Origin: Alkalispirochaeta sp. | GTDB lineage: Bacteria > Spirochaetota > Spirochaetia > DSM-27196 > Alkalispirochaetaceae | Assembly (NCBI GenBank): GCA_965601925.1 | Contig: OZ271854.1 | Span: 3,008,001-3,072,000 of the forward strand | Direction: 5' to 3' | Length of the DNA: 64,000 nt | Shown here: positions 17,548-27,222 of the stretch, piece after piece | How positions within the stretch are numbered: position 1 is the stretch's first letter | How the letters are laid out: every line of letters begins with the position of its first letter | The notes under the pieces: model-generated | Told to the model about the DNA's origin: nothing | The model's database searches: none | The model's input: the letters and a program-made list of their open reading frames with translations, nothing else | Made by a program: the position numbers and the translations under genes

Positions 17548-20500
17548 GTGCCGCCGGCGCCGTTCTGGGAGTCGACGTCGGTTCCGTGGCGCTCTCCGCC
17601 GTGGTTTTGGAGCGCGACGGGACGATTCGCGGTCGCCACTATGCAATCCACGAGGGCGACATCGGTAACGCCCTCAACGGTATGGAGCGGTGTCTGGATC
17701 TCTCCGACGTCACGGCGTGCGCCCTGACCGGTCGCGCCTCGCACAAGATTCAACACGACTACTTCGCCGATTCGCGCCTGGCGTGCATTCGTTCGGTCAA
17801 AGAACGTTATCCCGAAGTGCGCTCGATGCTTCTGGTCGGCGGTGAGTTTTTTTCTCTCATCCGTTTGGACGCTGAGGGGCGCTACGAGAGCGTACGGACG
17901 AACACCTCCTGCGCCGCAGGGACCGGTAGCTTTCTCGACCAACAGGCGGGCCGCCTAAACATGGCCGACAGCGCCGAGTTGAGCGCCACTGCGTTGGGCA
18001 ATACCGATCCCGTTCCTCCGGTGGCTACGCGCTGCGCGGTGTTCGCCAAGACCGATCTTATCCACGCCCAGCAGGAGGGCTACTCCCTCTCCGGCATCGC
18101 CGAGGGGCTGTGCGTGGGATTGGCGCGTAATCTGGTGGATACGCTCTTTAAGGACGCCGACATGGACGGACCGGTGCTCCTCACCGGCGGCGTTGCGCGA
18201 AACGAGGCGGTTGCTCGTCACATCGATGCGTTGGTGCCGCAGCGTATCGTCGTAGACGCCGACGGCCCGTTTCAGGGAGCGATCGGCGCGGCGTTATCCT
18301 TCCTGGACGAACGGAGCGACGGCGCCGTGACGGACGGGGTCGTCGGTACGGCCGCGTTCGACGTCGTCGATACTCACCGGGAAGAACCGTCGCGTCCGAC
18401 TCTGTCGACCGCGGCGGTCGGCTGCGAGCGTGTAACGGAACGCCACGATCACGGAGCGGTCGATCATCCCGGGAGCGCGGCCGATGTATCCGACGGTTCA
18501 GCGACGCCGTGTTCCGTTGCGGCCTTTCGTGCTCGCAGGCCGGATCGAGGCGGGTTCTATCCGCCGCTCACCCTTCGGTACTCCGACTATCCCTCGTTCG
18601 CCGCCTACAAGCGTTACGAACAGACTATAGAGGGACGGCCCGGGCAACCCTTTGTAGAGGTCGATCTCTATCGTCCGTGGGCGGAGTCGCTGGACGCCTA
18701 CCTCGGTGTAGACATCGGCTCCACGAGCACCAAAGCGGTCGTTACCGACCTACACGGCGAGGTCCTGGGCGGCTTCTACACGCGCACCGCCGGGCGGCCT
18801 CTATCCGCGGCGCAGGCGCTCTTTGATGCGATCGATGCGGCCGCCGGTGCGGAGCAATGCACGCTTGCGATTCACGGAAGTGCGACCACCGGGTCGGGGC
18901 GCAAGTTCATCGGTGAGATCATCCATGCCGACGAGGTTCTGGACGAGATCAGCGCCCACGCCCGCGCGGCGTGCGCGTTGGACCCGCGGGTCGATACGAT
19001 CTTGGAGATCGGCGGCCAGGACGCGAAGTTTACCACCCTCAAACACGGTCGCGTCACCTTGTCGGTGATGAACAACGTCTGCGCCGCCGGGACCGGCAGC
19101 TTCCTGGAAGAGCAGGCCAAACGTCTGGGTGTAGCGGTTCGCGACTATGCGCGGTATACCGCCGATATCCGCGCTCCACGGGTGAGCGACCGTTGTACGG
19201 TGTTCATGGAGCGTGATATCAACCATCTCCTCTCCGAGGGGCATACCGTGCCGGAAGTTCTGGCGGCGGCGCTCCATGCGGTACGCGAGAACTATCTGCA
19301 CAAGGTCGCGGTGGAGAAGAACATCGGTGAGGTGGTCTTTTTTCAGGGTGCCACCGCCAAAAACCGCTCTCTGGTAGCCGCGTTCGAACAGAGATTGAAT
19401 CGCCCCATCCTCGTGTCTCCCTACTGCCACCTCACCGGCGCCCTGGGTGCGGCTCTCACACTCGTCGATCGCGGTGTCGTTTCGACCGAGTTCGCGGGGC
19501 TTGATCTCCACCGCACGTCGATACCGGTCGGGCGCGAGGTCTGTCGGCTATGTGCCAACCATTGCAAACTCTCGGTGGTGGAGGTCGATGGTCGGACCGT
19601 CGCTTTCGGATTTCTCTGCGGGCGGGATTACCGGACCGAGCGGTACGTCGATCGCAATACGAGCGGTTTCGACCTTCTTACGGCGCGGCGCAATGTGGAG
19701 CGCACGCTTCAGGGAAACGTCTCGTCGGAGCCGATTGAAGAAAAGACGCTCGGCGCCGGTGCTGCCTCTCCCACGATCGGCCTTCCCGACGGCCTCTTCA
19801 TGACGGAGGATCTCGCCTACTGGCAGGTGTTCTTCCGCGTACTGGGCATCACTACCAAGACCGGTCGCGGGTTGAAGAATCCGATTCAGCGGGGTAAGCC
19901 GCTGGTGGGTGCCGAGTTCTGTGCGCCGATGTCGGCGCTCCACGGCCGGGCGGCGGCGCTCCTGGAGGAGGTCGATTATCTCTTTCTCCCGACCTACCTC
20001 GAACGCAAGCCGGAGAAGAGCGGCGCGTTGCGTAAGTTCTGCTACTTCTCGCAGTTTGCCGCGTCGTTGATCCGTTACATCGGCGACGACAAGCGCGTTC
20101 TTACGCCGCTCGCAGCCACACGCTATTCGTCCTTTCACCTCGTCGGTGAGCTCCACAAGACGCTGGGTGTGCTCGCCGACCGCCGGCCTACCATCTTGAA
20201 GATCTCGGCCGCCTTGGAAAAAGCGGACGCCTTCCGTCGCAGTCTGACGCGGTCGTTTAAAGAGCTGTATCGCGAGTATATGACCGCCGCGGATACCGTT
20301 GATGTCGTACTACTCGGCCGACCCTACTCGGTGCTGCCGAAAGAGATGAACAAAGGGATTCCCGACATTTTTTCTTCCCTCGGCGTGCGCGTCTTTTACC
20401 AAGACATGATCGACTACGAGCCGCACGATGTGGCCGCGATCGAGCCGCTTCTGCGGGAGATCAACTGGGCGTACGGCGCAAAGATTCTGGAAGCGGCGGA

Positions 20501-22007
20501 GGTTGCGGCTCGGACACCGGGACTGTATCCCGTTTTCCTAACCTCGTTCAAATGCGGTCCCGACTCCTTCATTACCGAGTACGTGAGGCGTATATTGGAC
20601 GCCCACGACAAACCGTATTTGATTCTTGAACTGGACGAGCACGATTCGGCGGTGGGATACGAGACGCGCATCGAAGCTGCGATCCGTTCGTTTCGCAATC
20701 ACATCGAGGAGGGCTCCGGGACGCGATGCGTGTCGGTTGACGGATCGAACTATCGGGGCGTTAATCCGCGCTACGTTCGCGAGCTCACGAGGGACAAGAC
20801 GCTCATTATTCCCAATTGGGACGATTACTCGATCCCTCTGATCGCCGCCGTATTGAACGGCCAGGGATACCGGACGCTCATCATGGAGGAGACCGACGAG
20901 ACCATTCGCCGGAGCCTGAGATGGAACAATGGGCAGTGCATTCCAATGAACGCTCTGGTGGAGGGGTGCGTGGCCACTATCAGGAGCCACATGGTTCAGC
21001 CGGAACGGTGCCTCCTCTGGATACCGATGGCCGCCTTTTCGTGCAACATTCGCCTCTTTCCCCACCACGTGCAGGAGATCCTCAAAGGATACGGTGATGG
21101 AATGGACAAGGTCGGCGTATATCTCGGCGACATGACCTATACCGACCTTTCGCCGGTCGTCACCGCCAACGCCTATCTGGCCTACATGTTCTCCGGCCTC
21201 ATCCGACGGATCGCCTGTCGCATTCGACCGTACGAGCACCACCCCGGAGAAACGGACGAAGTGGTACGGGAGGCGTTGGAAGTATTGAGCGGGGCGTTTC
21301 GGGACGCGGGCGGAAACAAGACGCAGGCGGTGCGAGACATCATGGATCGGTTCGAGCGTATTCCGTACGACCGCGATCGAGAACGGCCCAAGGTAGCTCT
21401 TTTCGGCGACATTTACGTCCGCGACAATCCCGTTATGAACCAGGACGTAATTCGCTATATCGAACGGAACGGCGGGGAGGTCGTTACCATGCCGTTCCAC
21501 GAGTTCACTCGCATGACCGCGAATACGTACTTTTACCGCTGGTTTCGAGAGCGGCGACTCGGGCGCCTTCTGACGTTGAAACCCCTCATGGCGGGGCTGG
21601 CTGCGATGGAGAAATGGTACTACCGTCACTTCGAGCGAGTGATTCGGGAGCCGGCTCCGCAATTTGAGGATGATCCGGCCGAAGTTCTGGGGAGATTCGG
21701 TGTGAGTATCGACCACGAGGGAGAGTCGCAGGACAATCTGCTCAAGACGTGGTACATCAGTCGACAGCACCCCGACCTGTCGCTCTTCGTCCAGCTCAAT
21801 CCGGGATTTTGCTGCGCCGGCCTGGTAACCGAGGCGATGTCAAAGAAGATTCGTGAGGTTACCGGTGTCCCGGTCCTCCCGATCACCTACGACGGTACCG
21901 GCGGCCTCAAAAACGACGCGATCCTGCCTTACTTGAGGTATCCCAGGGACGTCAAGGAGCAACGTGTCTCACCGGAAAAGCGGTCGGACACGTTACGGGT
22001 CGGCTAA
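17544..22007 (+). CDS. Multidomain CoA-activase/reductase (2x BadF/BadG ASKHA + DUF2229 + dehydratase-like), PlsA/Ger-like
   Basis: GVDVGS and GVDIGSTSTK, two CAAGTGSFL motifs, RCAVF and RCTVF, IGGQDAK, CRLCANHC, EFCAP, FKCGPD, ELDEH...GYETRIEA, GQCIP, GFCCAG. Confidence 0.85.
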   Translation: MSAAGAVLGVDVGSVALSAVVLERDGTIRGRHYAIHEGDIGNALNGMERCLDLSDVTACALTGRASHKIQHDYFADSRLACIRSVKERYPEVRSMLLVGGEFFSLIRLDAEGRYESVRTNTSCAAGTGSFLDQQAGRLNMADSAELSATALGNTDPVPPVATRCAVFAKTDLIHAQQEGYSLSGIAEGLCVGLARNLVDTLFKDADMDGPVLLTGGVARNEAVARHIDALVPQRIVVDADGPFQGAIGAALSFLDERSDGAVTDGVVGTAAFDVVDTHREEPSRPTLSTAAVGCERVTERHDHGAVDHPGSAADVSDGSATPCSVAAFRARRPDRGGFYPPLTLRYSDYPSFAAYKRYEQTIEGRPGQPFVEVDLYRPWAESLDAYLGVDIGSTSTKAVVTDLHGEVLGGFYTRTAGRPLSAAQALFDAIDAAAGAEQCTLAIHGSATTGSGRKFIGEIIHADEVLDEISAHARAACALDPRVDTILEIGGQDAKFTTLKHGRVTLSVMNNVCAAGTGSFLEEQAKRLGVAVRDYARYTADIRAPRVSDRCTVFMERDINHLLSEGHTVPEVLAAALHAVRENYLHKVAVEKNIGEVVFFQGATAKNRSLVAAFEQRLNRPILVSPYCHLTGALGAALTLVDRGVVSTEFAGLDLHRTSIPVGREVCRLCANHCKLSVVEVDGRTVAFGFLCGRDYRTERYVDRNTSGFDLLTARRNVERTLQGNVSSEPIEEKTLGAGAASPTIGLPDGLFMTEDLAYWQVFFRVLGITTKTGRGLKNPIQRGKPLVGAEFCAPMSALHGRAAALLEEVDYLFLPTYLERKPEKSGALRKFCYFSQFAASLIRYIGDDKRVLTPLAATRYSSFHLVGELHKTLGVLADRRPTILKISAALEKADAFRRSLTRSFKELYREYMTAADTVDVVLLGRPYSVLPKEMNKGIPDIFSSLGVRVFYQDMIDYEPHDVAAIEPLLREINWAYGAKILEAAEVAARTPGLYPVFLTSFKCGPDSFITEYVRRILDAHDKPYLILELDEHDSAVGYETRIEAAIRSFRNHIEEGSGTRCVSVDGSNYRGVNPRYVRELTRDKTLIIPNWDDYSIPLIAAVLNGQGYRTLIMEETDETIRRSLRWNNGQCIPMNALVEGCVATIRSHMVQPERCLLWIPMAAFSCNIRLFPHHVQEILKGYGDGMDKVGVYLGDMTYTDLSPVVTANAYLAYMFSGLIRRIACRIRPYEHHPGETDEVVREALEVLSGAFRDAGGNKTQAVRDIMDRFERIPYDRDRERPKVALFGDIYVRDNPVMNQDVIRYIERNGGEVVTMPFHEFTRMTANTYFYRWFRERRLGRLLTLKPLMAGLAAMEKWYYRHFERVIREPAPQFEDDPAEVLGRFGVSIDHEGESQDNLLKTWYISRQHPDLSLFVQLNPGFCCAGLVTEAMSKKIREVTGVPVLPITYDGTGGLKNDAILPYLRYPRDVKEQRVSPEKRSDTLRVG

Positions 22008-22176
22008 GCTCAGATGTCACGGGTACCTCTCCGCGTACTGCCGCCGCACGTTCGTCCGTCCGGCGATACCGGCGTGCAGCGCAATCCGACCAAACGGCGT
22101 CTGCGACGATCGCCGACTCGCTCCCGCCGCGGCAAGCTTCGGTGGAGGAACGGTGCGACCGCGCAGACGTGAGGCG

Positions 22177-23457
22177 TCAGATTTTCGTGTCGTCGGGAAT
22201 GACGGCGTTCTTCGGTACGATGATGATACCGTCGCGCACGAAATAGCGGTCGTAGTCGCCTTCCGGTGGAATGCCGTCCCAGCCGATCGAGCAACCGTTT
22301 CCGATACGGGCGTTTTTATCGATGATGGCGCCTTTGATGCGGCAGTTCGCGCCAATTCCGATCGGCGGTAACGCCTTGCCCTTGTCCGTGCGCTTCGGGC
22401 CCGGCTCCTCGTAGTAGTCGGCCCCCATACATATGACGCCGTCCAGTTTGCAACCCTCGCGGATGATGGTGCGAATGCCCACGACCGAGCGGTTGATTTC
22501 GCTTTCGGTGATAATGCACCCGTCGGCGGCAAGGGAGCGCGATATCGTACACGAGTTGAACTTACCCGGCGGCAGATCGCGACGATGCGTATAGATGGGC
22601 ATCCCCTCGTCAAAGAGGTTGAAGGCCGGGTAAATTTCGGCGAGCTCCAAACTCGTCTTGTAGAAGCTCTCGATCGTCCCTATGTCCTCCCAGAAGCCGT
22701 CGAACATGTAGGCGTTGACGTGCATCGTCTCGATCATCATCGGGATTACCTCTTTCCCGAAGTCGGTGTACGTGTTGTCGAGCGCTCGTTCCAACGCCTC
22801 GGCCTTGAAGGCGTAAATCCCCATCGACGCCAAGTAATCGCGTCCTTCATGGTAGTTGGGAAGGTCGTCTCGCGCCGCTTCCGGGATTTTCATCGATGTG
22901 ATATCGACATCGAGGGGCGGCTTTTCGGTGAACTCACGGATACGCAGCGACTCATCGACGGTGAGAATCCCGAATCCGACGGCATCCTCACGCGTCACCG
23001 GGAGCACCGCCACACTTGCGTCCGCGCCGCTTTCCACGTGCCGGTCGTAGAAGTCGCGCAGATCCATCCGATAGAGCTGATCGCCGGAGAGAATCAGATA
23101 GTGGCTCGGTTTTTGCGTTCGAAAGTGAACTAAGTTCTTGCGCACCGCATCGGCGGTGCCCTCGTACCAGCCCGAGTGCGCGAACGTCTGCTCGGCGGCG
23201 AGAATCTCGACGTAACCTTTCGAAAAGGAGTCGAAAATGTAGGTGTTGGCTATGTGCAGGTGGAGCGACGCGGAGTTGAATTGCGTCAACACGTAGATCT
23301 GTTTGAAGTTGGCGGCAATACTGTTGGAGAGCGGGATATCCACCAGGCGATACTTTCCCCCGAACGGGACCGCCGGCTTCGAGCGCTCCGCGGTGAGTGG
23401 GTACAGACGGGTACCTTTCCCGCCTCCCATAACTACTGTCAATACATCGTCTGCCAT
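22177..23457 (-). CDS. glgC: Glucose-1-phosphate adenylyltransferase
   Basis: GGGKGTRLYPLT, KPAVPFGGKYRLVD, GTADAV, SGDQLYRMD, EKP, DFGKEVIP, WEDIGTI. Confidence 0.96.
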   Translation of the reverse strand: MADDVLTVVMGGGKGTRLYPLTAERSKPAVPFGGKYRLVDIPLSNSIAANFKQIYVLTQFNSASLHLHIANTYIFDSFSKGYVEILAAEQTFAHSGWYEGTADAVRKNLVHFRTQKPSHYLILSGDQLYRMDLRDFYDRHVESGADASVAVLPVTREDAVGFGILTVDESLRIREFTEKPPLDVDITSMKIPEAARDDLPNYHEGRDYLASMGIYAFKAEALERALDNTYTDFGKEVIPMMIETMHVNAYMFDGFWEDIGTIESFYKTSLELAEIYPAFNLFDEGMPIYTHRRDLPPGKFNSCTISRSLAADGCIITESEINRSVVGIRTIIREGCKLDGVICMGADYYEEPGPKRTDKGKALPPIGIGANCRIKGAIIDKNARIGNGCSIGWDGIPPEGDYDRYFVRDGIIIVPKNAVIPDDTKI

Positions 23458-23543
23458 ATGAGTTGAGTGTACGCCCGCCCCGACGGCCGGTCAAGGAATA
23501 GCTTTTGTCTCCGAGGGCTTCGGTATGGTATTCTCATCCCGTC

Positions 23544-25868
23544 ATGGTCAGCGAACTGGTAGACGAACTACGCGACGACGGAACCTTCTTCGAAAACGTG
23601 AGTCATTGGGAGACAATCCCGAAGCGCGACGGAGTCTATGCACCGATTCCCGACGCGATCGACGAGCGCATCGTCGCCGCACTGAAGCGGCGCGGCATCA
23701 CGCAGCTGTACTCCCACCAGAGCGAGGTGATCGCCCACGCCCAGGCGGGTCGCAACGCCGTCGTCGTTACGCCGACCGCCTCCGGTAAGACGTTGTGTTA
23801 CAACCTGCCGGTCCTCGACGCCATACTCAAGGATCCCGACACACGTTCGTTGTACCTCTTTCCCACCAAAGCGCTCAGTCAAGACCAGCAAGCGGAGCTC
23901 AACATGACCGTCGGGGAGGGTGGGCTCGAGGTGGCGGTGATGACATACGACGGTGATACACCGCGCTCCGTGCGCTCTTCCGCGCGGACGCGGGGCCAAA
24001 TCATCATCTCGAATCCCGACATGTTGCACGCCGGGATACTCCCCAACCACACCAAATGGGTGCAGTTTTTTCAGAACCTGCGCTATGTGGTGATCGACGA
24101 GCTTCACGTCTACCGCGGGATTTTCGGATCCCACGTATGCAACGTCATTCGAAGGCTGAAGCGGATCGCCGCGTTTTACGGATCGAGTCCGCAGTTCATC
24201 CTGTGTTCGGCGACGATCGGCAATCCGAAGGAGCTCGCCGAGGCGGTCATTGAGGAGTCGGTCGAAGCGGTCGACCGTAACGGCGCACCCGCCGGCGAGA
24301 AGCATCTCGTACTCTACAATCCGCCGCTTGTGGACCGAGTCCAAGGGATCAGGCAGGGCATTGTCCACGCGTCGAGGCTCCTGGCGCTCCGCTTTCTGCG
24401 GCGCGGCATCAAGACGATCGTCTTTGCCCGCTCGCGGCAGCGTACGGAACTCATTGCGAGTTACATTCGATCCAGCTTACGAAACGTGTACAACGCCGAC
24501 GAGGGAATCCGCGTAGAGTCGTACCGCGGCGGATACCTTCCCACCGAGCGCCGGGCGATTGAGAGGGGGCTGCGGGAGGGGACGATTCAGGGGGTGGTGA
24601 GCACCAACGCTCTGGAGCTCGGGATCGATATCGGGGGACTCGACGCGGCGATTTTGGGCGGGTTTCCGGGAACCGTGGCCAGTAGTCTCCAGCAGGCGGG
24701 GAGAGCGGGCCGACGGCAATCGATCTCTCTGGCCGTTTTGGTGGCGAACGCGTCGCCCCTCGACCAGTTCGTCGTGGACCATCCCGAGTACTTCTTGGAG
24801 CGCTCGCCCGAGAGCGCATATATCAACCCCGACAATCCGTTCGTCCTCTTCGATCAGCTCAAGAGCGCCGTATTCGAGCTCCCGATGCGCATCGACGAAC
24901 CGTTTGCACCGGGGGTCGGAGATATGCTCGCCGTACTCGAGGAGCACGGTGTCATTCGACGCAGCGGCGAGACCTTCCATTGGTCCGACCAGTCCTACCC
25001 CGCCGAAGGGACGAGCTTGCGCAGCGCCACGACCGACAACGTCGTCATCGTCGACGTAACCGACGGAGCCGATCGGGTAATCGGTGAGATGGATCGACCG
25101 TCGGCAAAGGAGCTCCTGTTCGACAACGCGATTTATATTCATCGCGGGGAACAGTACGTCGTGAAGCGCCTGGACATCGATAACAGGCGGTGTACGGTAG
25201 AGCGTACGGATGTGAACTACTTTACCGACGCACTGGTCAAGCTCGACGTCAAGATACTGACGGAGGACGACAGAAGCGAGGTCGCCGGAGTAGAGGTGAC
25301 CGTCGGCGATATCCTCGTGCGCAGCATCGTTGCCAAGTTCAAGAAGATTCGATTTCAGAGCCACGAAAACGTCGGCTACGGCGATATCAGCCTCCCGGAG
25401 GAGCAGATGCATACACGCTCGGCGATGATCGTGTTGCGACCCGGTCGCCCGCCGCGCGCGGTCTACGACTCGCTGCCGGCCCCTGCGCGCCCGGTGGCGT
25501 TAGCGCGGCTGGGGCGGCTCCTGCGCGACGTCGCCCCGGTGTACCTGATGTCCGTCGTACAGGACCTCGGTGTACACCACACGGTGCGCGATCCGCATTT
25601 CGGGGAGCCGGCGTTGTATCTCTACGATCGGTACCCCGGTGGGAGCGGTCTGTCCGACGCCTTAGCGAGCATCCTTCCCGACATCATCGCCGCTGCCGAC
25701 GAGCGTGTTCTCGGCTGTAGCTGTAGCTCGGGGTGTCCTTCGTGCGTCGGCCCCGTCGACGCCGCCGACGGATGGGAGGGCAGCCCGAAAGAGGCGGTTG
25801 CGGCGCTTTTGGCGGCGTGGCGCGACGTCCCGCGGCACGGAGACGAGGCGGGTGTCGGATCTCTATAG
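23544..25868 (+). CDS. mrfA: DEAH-box helicase with DUF1998 Zn domain (MrfA/YprA/SftH family)
   Basis: LYSHQ, PTASGKT, PTKAL, DELH, SATIGN, ALELGIDIG, QQAGRAGR, LYDRYPGGSG, CSCSSGCPSC. Confidence 0.88.
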   Translation: MVSELVDELRDDGTFFENVSHWETIPKRDGVYAPIPDAIDERIVAALKRRGITQLYSHQSEVIAHAQAGRNAVVVTPTASGKTLCYNLPVLDAILKDPDTRSLYLFPTKALSQDQQAELNMTVGEGGLEVAVMTYDGDTPRSVRSSARTRGQIIISNPDMLHAGILPNHTKWVQFFQNLRYVVIDELHVYRGIFGSHVCNVIRRLKRIAAFYGSSPQFILCSATIGNPKELAEAVIEESVEAVDRNGAPAGEKHLVLYNPPLVDRVQGIRQGIVHASRLLALRFLRRGIKTIVFARSRQRTELIASYIRSSLRNVYNADEGIRVESYRGGYLPTERRAIERGLREGTIQGVVSTNALELGIDIGGLDAAILGGFPGTVASSLQQAGRAGRRQSISLAVLVANASPLDQFVVDHPEYFLERSPESAYINPDNPFVLFDQLKSAVFELPMRIDEPFAPGVGDMLAVLEEHGVIRRSGETFHWSDQSYPAEGTSLRSATTDNVVIVDVTDGADRVIGEMDRPSAKELLFDNAIYIHRGEQYVVKRLDIDNRRCTVERTDVNYFTDALVKLDVKILTEDDRSEVAGVEVTVGDILVRSIVAKFKKIRFQSHENVGYGDISLPEEQMHTRSAMIVLRPGRPPRAVYDSLPAPARPVALARLGRLLRDVAPVYLMSVVQDLGVHHTVRDPHFGEPALYLYDRYPGGSGLSDALASILPDIIAAADERVLGCSCSSGCPSCVGPVDAADGWEGSPKEAVAALLAAWRDVPRHGDEAGVGSL

Positions 25869-27222
25869 CCGGCTCCGCGAGATTCGCGACCGTCGTTCGC
25901 ACGCTCCGTATGGGAACGCAGAAGACGCCGCGCAGAATCGGCGTTCAAGTCCGTCGCCGCCGCCCGGGCCCGATTGGCGCGAGATTACCCATGGAGTGTT
26001 TACCCGTACCGCGTCGGTGCCGCTGCCGTACGGCGCCGATCAGTTCGACAGTGACGGGCGGTGGCGCGCTCTGTCGCCCCTGGCACGCGCGGGCGCGAGT
26101 CCGACTCCCCTGTTCATCGATATCGAGACGAGCGGGCGCTCCGGAGGCGCCGGTAGCGTGGCCTTTCTCATCGGGGTCGGCCGCATCGCGGTAGGCACCG
26201 GCGCGTGCGACGTCGTGGTAACGCAGCTGTTCCTTACCGATTTTGCGTCGGAGGCGGACCAGCTCGACGAGTTGGATCGACTTCTTTCCACCGCACCTCG
26301 CGCCGTCGGGGCCGCCGCCGCAGGGGCGCGAGGTGGAGCGGCGGAGGGTCCGCAGGGCCGCGTGTTGTACGTGACCTACAACGGCGCGGGATTCGATCTG
26401 CCGGTACTGCGCACGCGCCACATCATGCACCGCCGCCGCTTCAGCGAGGCGGACCACTTCGATCTCCTCCATCCGACGCGTCGTCTGTTCGCTCCGATAA
26501 TCGGAAGCTGCACCCTCTCGGCGGTCGAGCGTTCCGTTCTCGGTGTCGGACGGGAGACGGATGTTCCCGGTATCGAGGTGCCGGGCCGGTACCACCAATT
26601 TCTCATGAGCGGTGATGCGAGCGTACTCACCGACGTGGTTGCCCACCACCATTACGATGTCGCCCACCTCGCTCTGCTTGGAGTGCGTATCAACGCCATA
26701 TTGCTTGGCGTCGACGACCGGCGCCCCGCCGCCGACCGGCTCGGCCTCGTCGCGCTATTGCTTCGCGGCGGTGACGAGTACGAGGATCGCGCCGTTCGGC
26801 TCCTTGACGAGGAGGTCGACGAGAGTCGTCGGCGCCGAGAGGAGATAGGGCGCCTTGCACAACGCGGCGGGTTGACTGCGCGTCTCGCCTCGCGCCCGTC
26901 GAGCAGTTGGGGAGCGGCCCGAGAGTTGCGTGCCCGTCTCGCACGCCGGCGGGGAGAGGGCGCACGTCTGTTGGAGCTGCGGCGCGAACTCTTTCGCGTC
27001 CGCGCCACCCGGCATGATCTCGTGGAGCTCGCGAAGGTCCTGGAGCATCGGGAGAACGACTTCGCCGCGGCGATCGATCTCATCGCGATGTGGGAGGCCG
27101 AGCACCCAATGGACGACGAGTTGACCCACCGCCTGGCGCGATTGCGACGGAAAGCGAAGCGTGCGATCAGCGCGCGCTCCGGTACAGCGCCTCGTACTCC
27201 TCGGCGGAGTGGCGCCAGCTGA
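25852..27222 (+). CDS. mrfB: RNase_H_2/DEDD exonuclease with C-terminal TPR-like region (MrfB/YprB family)
   Basis: FIDIETSG, AFLIGVG, TYNGAGFDLP, HFDLLHP, HHHYDV, VELAKVLEH. GTG 25852 overlaps the end of the helicase. Confidence 0.8.
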   Translation: MSDLYSRLREIRDRRSHAPYGNAEDAAQNRRSSPSPPPGPDWREITHGVFTRTASVPLPYGADQFDSDGRWRALSPLARAGASPTPLFIDIETSGRSGGAGSVAFLIGVGRIAVGTGACDVVVTQLFLTDFASEADQLDELDRLLSTAPRAVGAAAAGARGGAAEGPQGRVLYVTYNGAGFDLPVLRTRHIMHRRRFSEADHFDLLHPTRRLFAPIIGSCTLSAVERSVLGVGRETDVPGIEVPGRYHQFLMSGDASVLTDVVAHHHYDVAHLALLGVRINAILLGVDDRRPAADRLGLVALLLRGGDEYEDRAVRLLDEEVDESRRRREEIGRLAQRGGLTARLASRPSSSWGAARELRARLARRRGEGARLLELRRELFRVRATRHDLVELAKVLEHRENDFAAAIDLIAMWEAEHPMDDELTHRLARLRRKAKRAISARSGTAPRTPRRSGAS

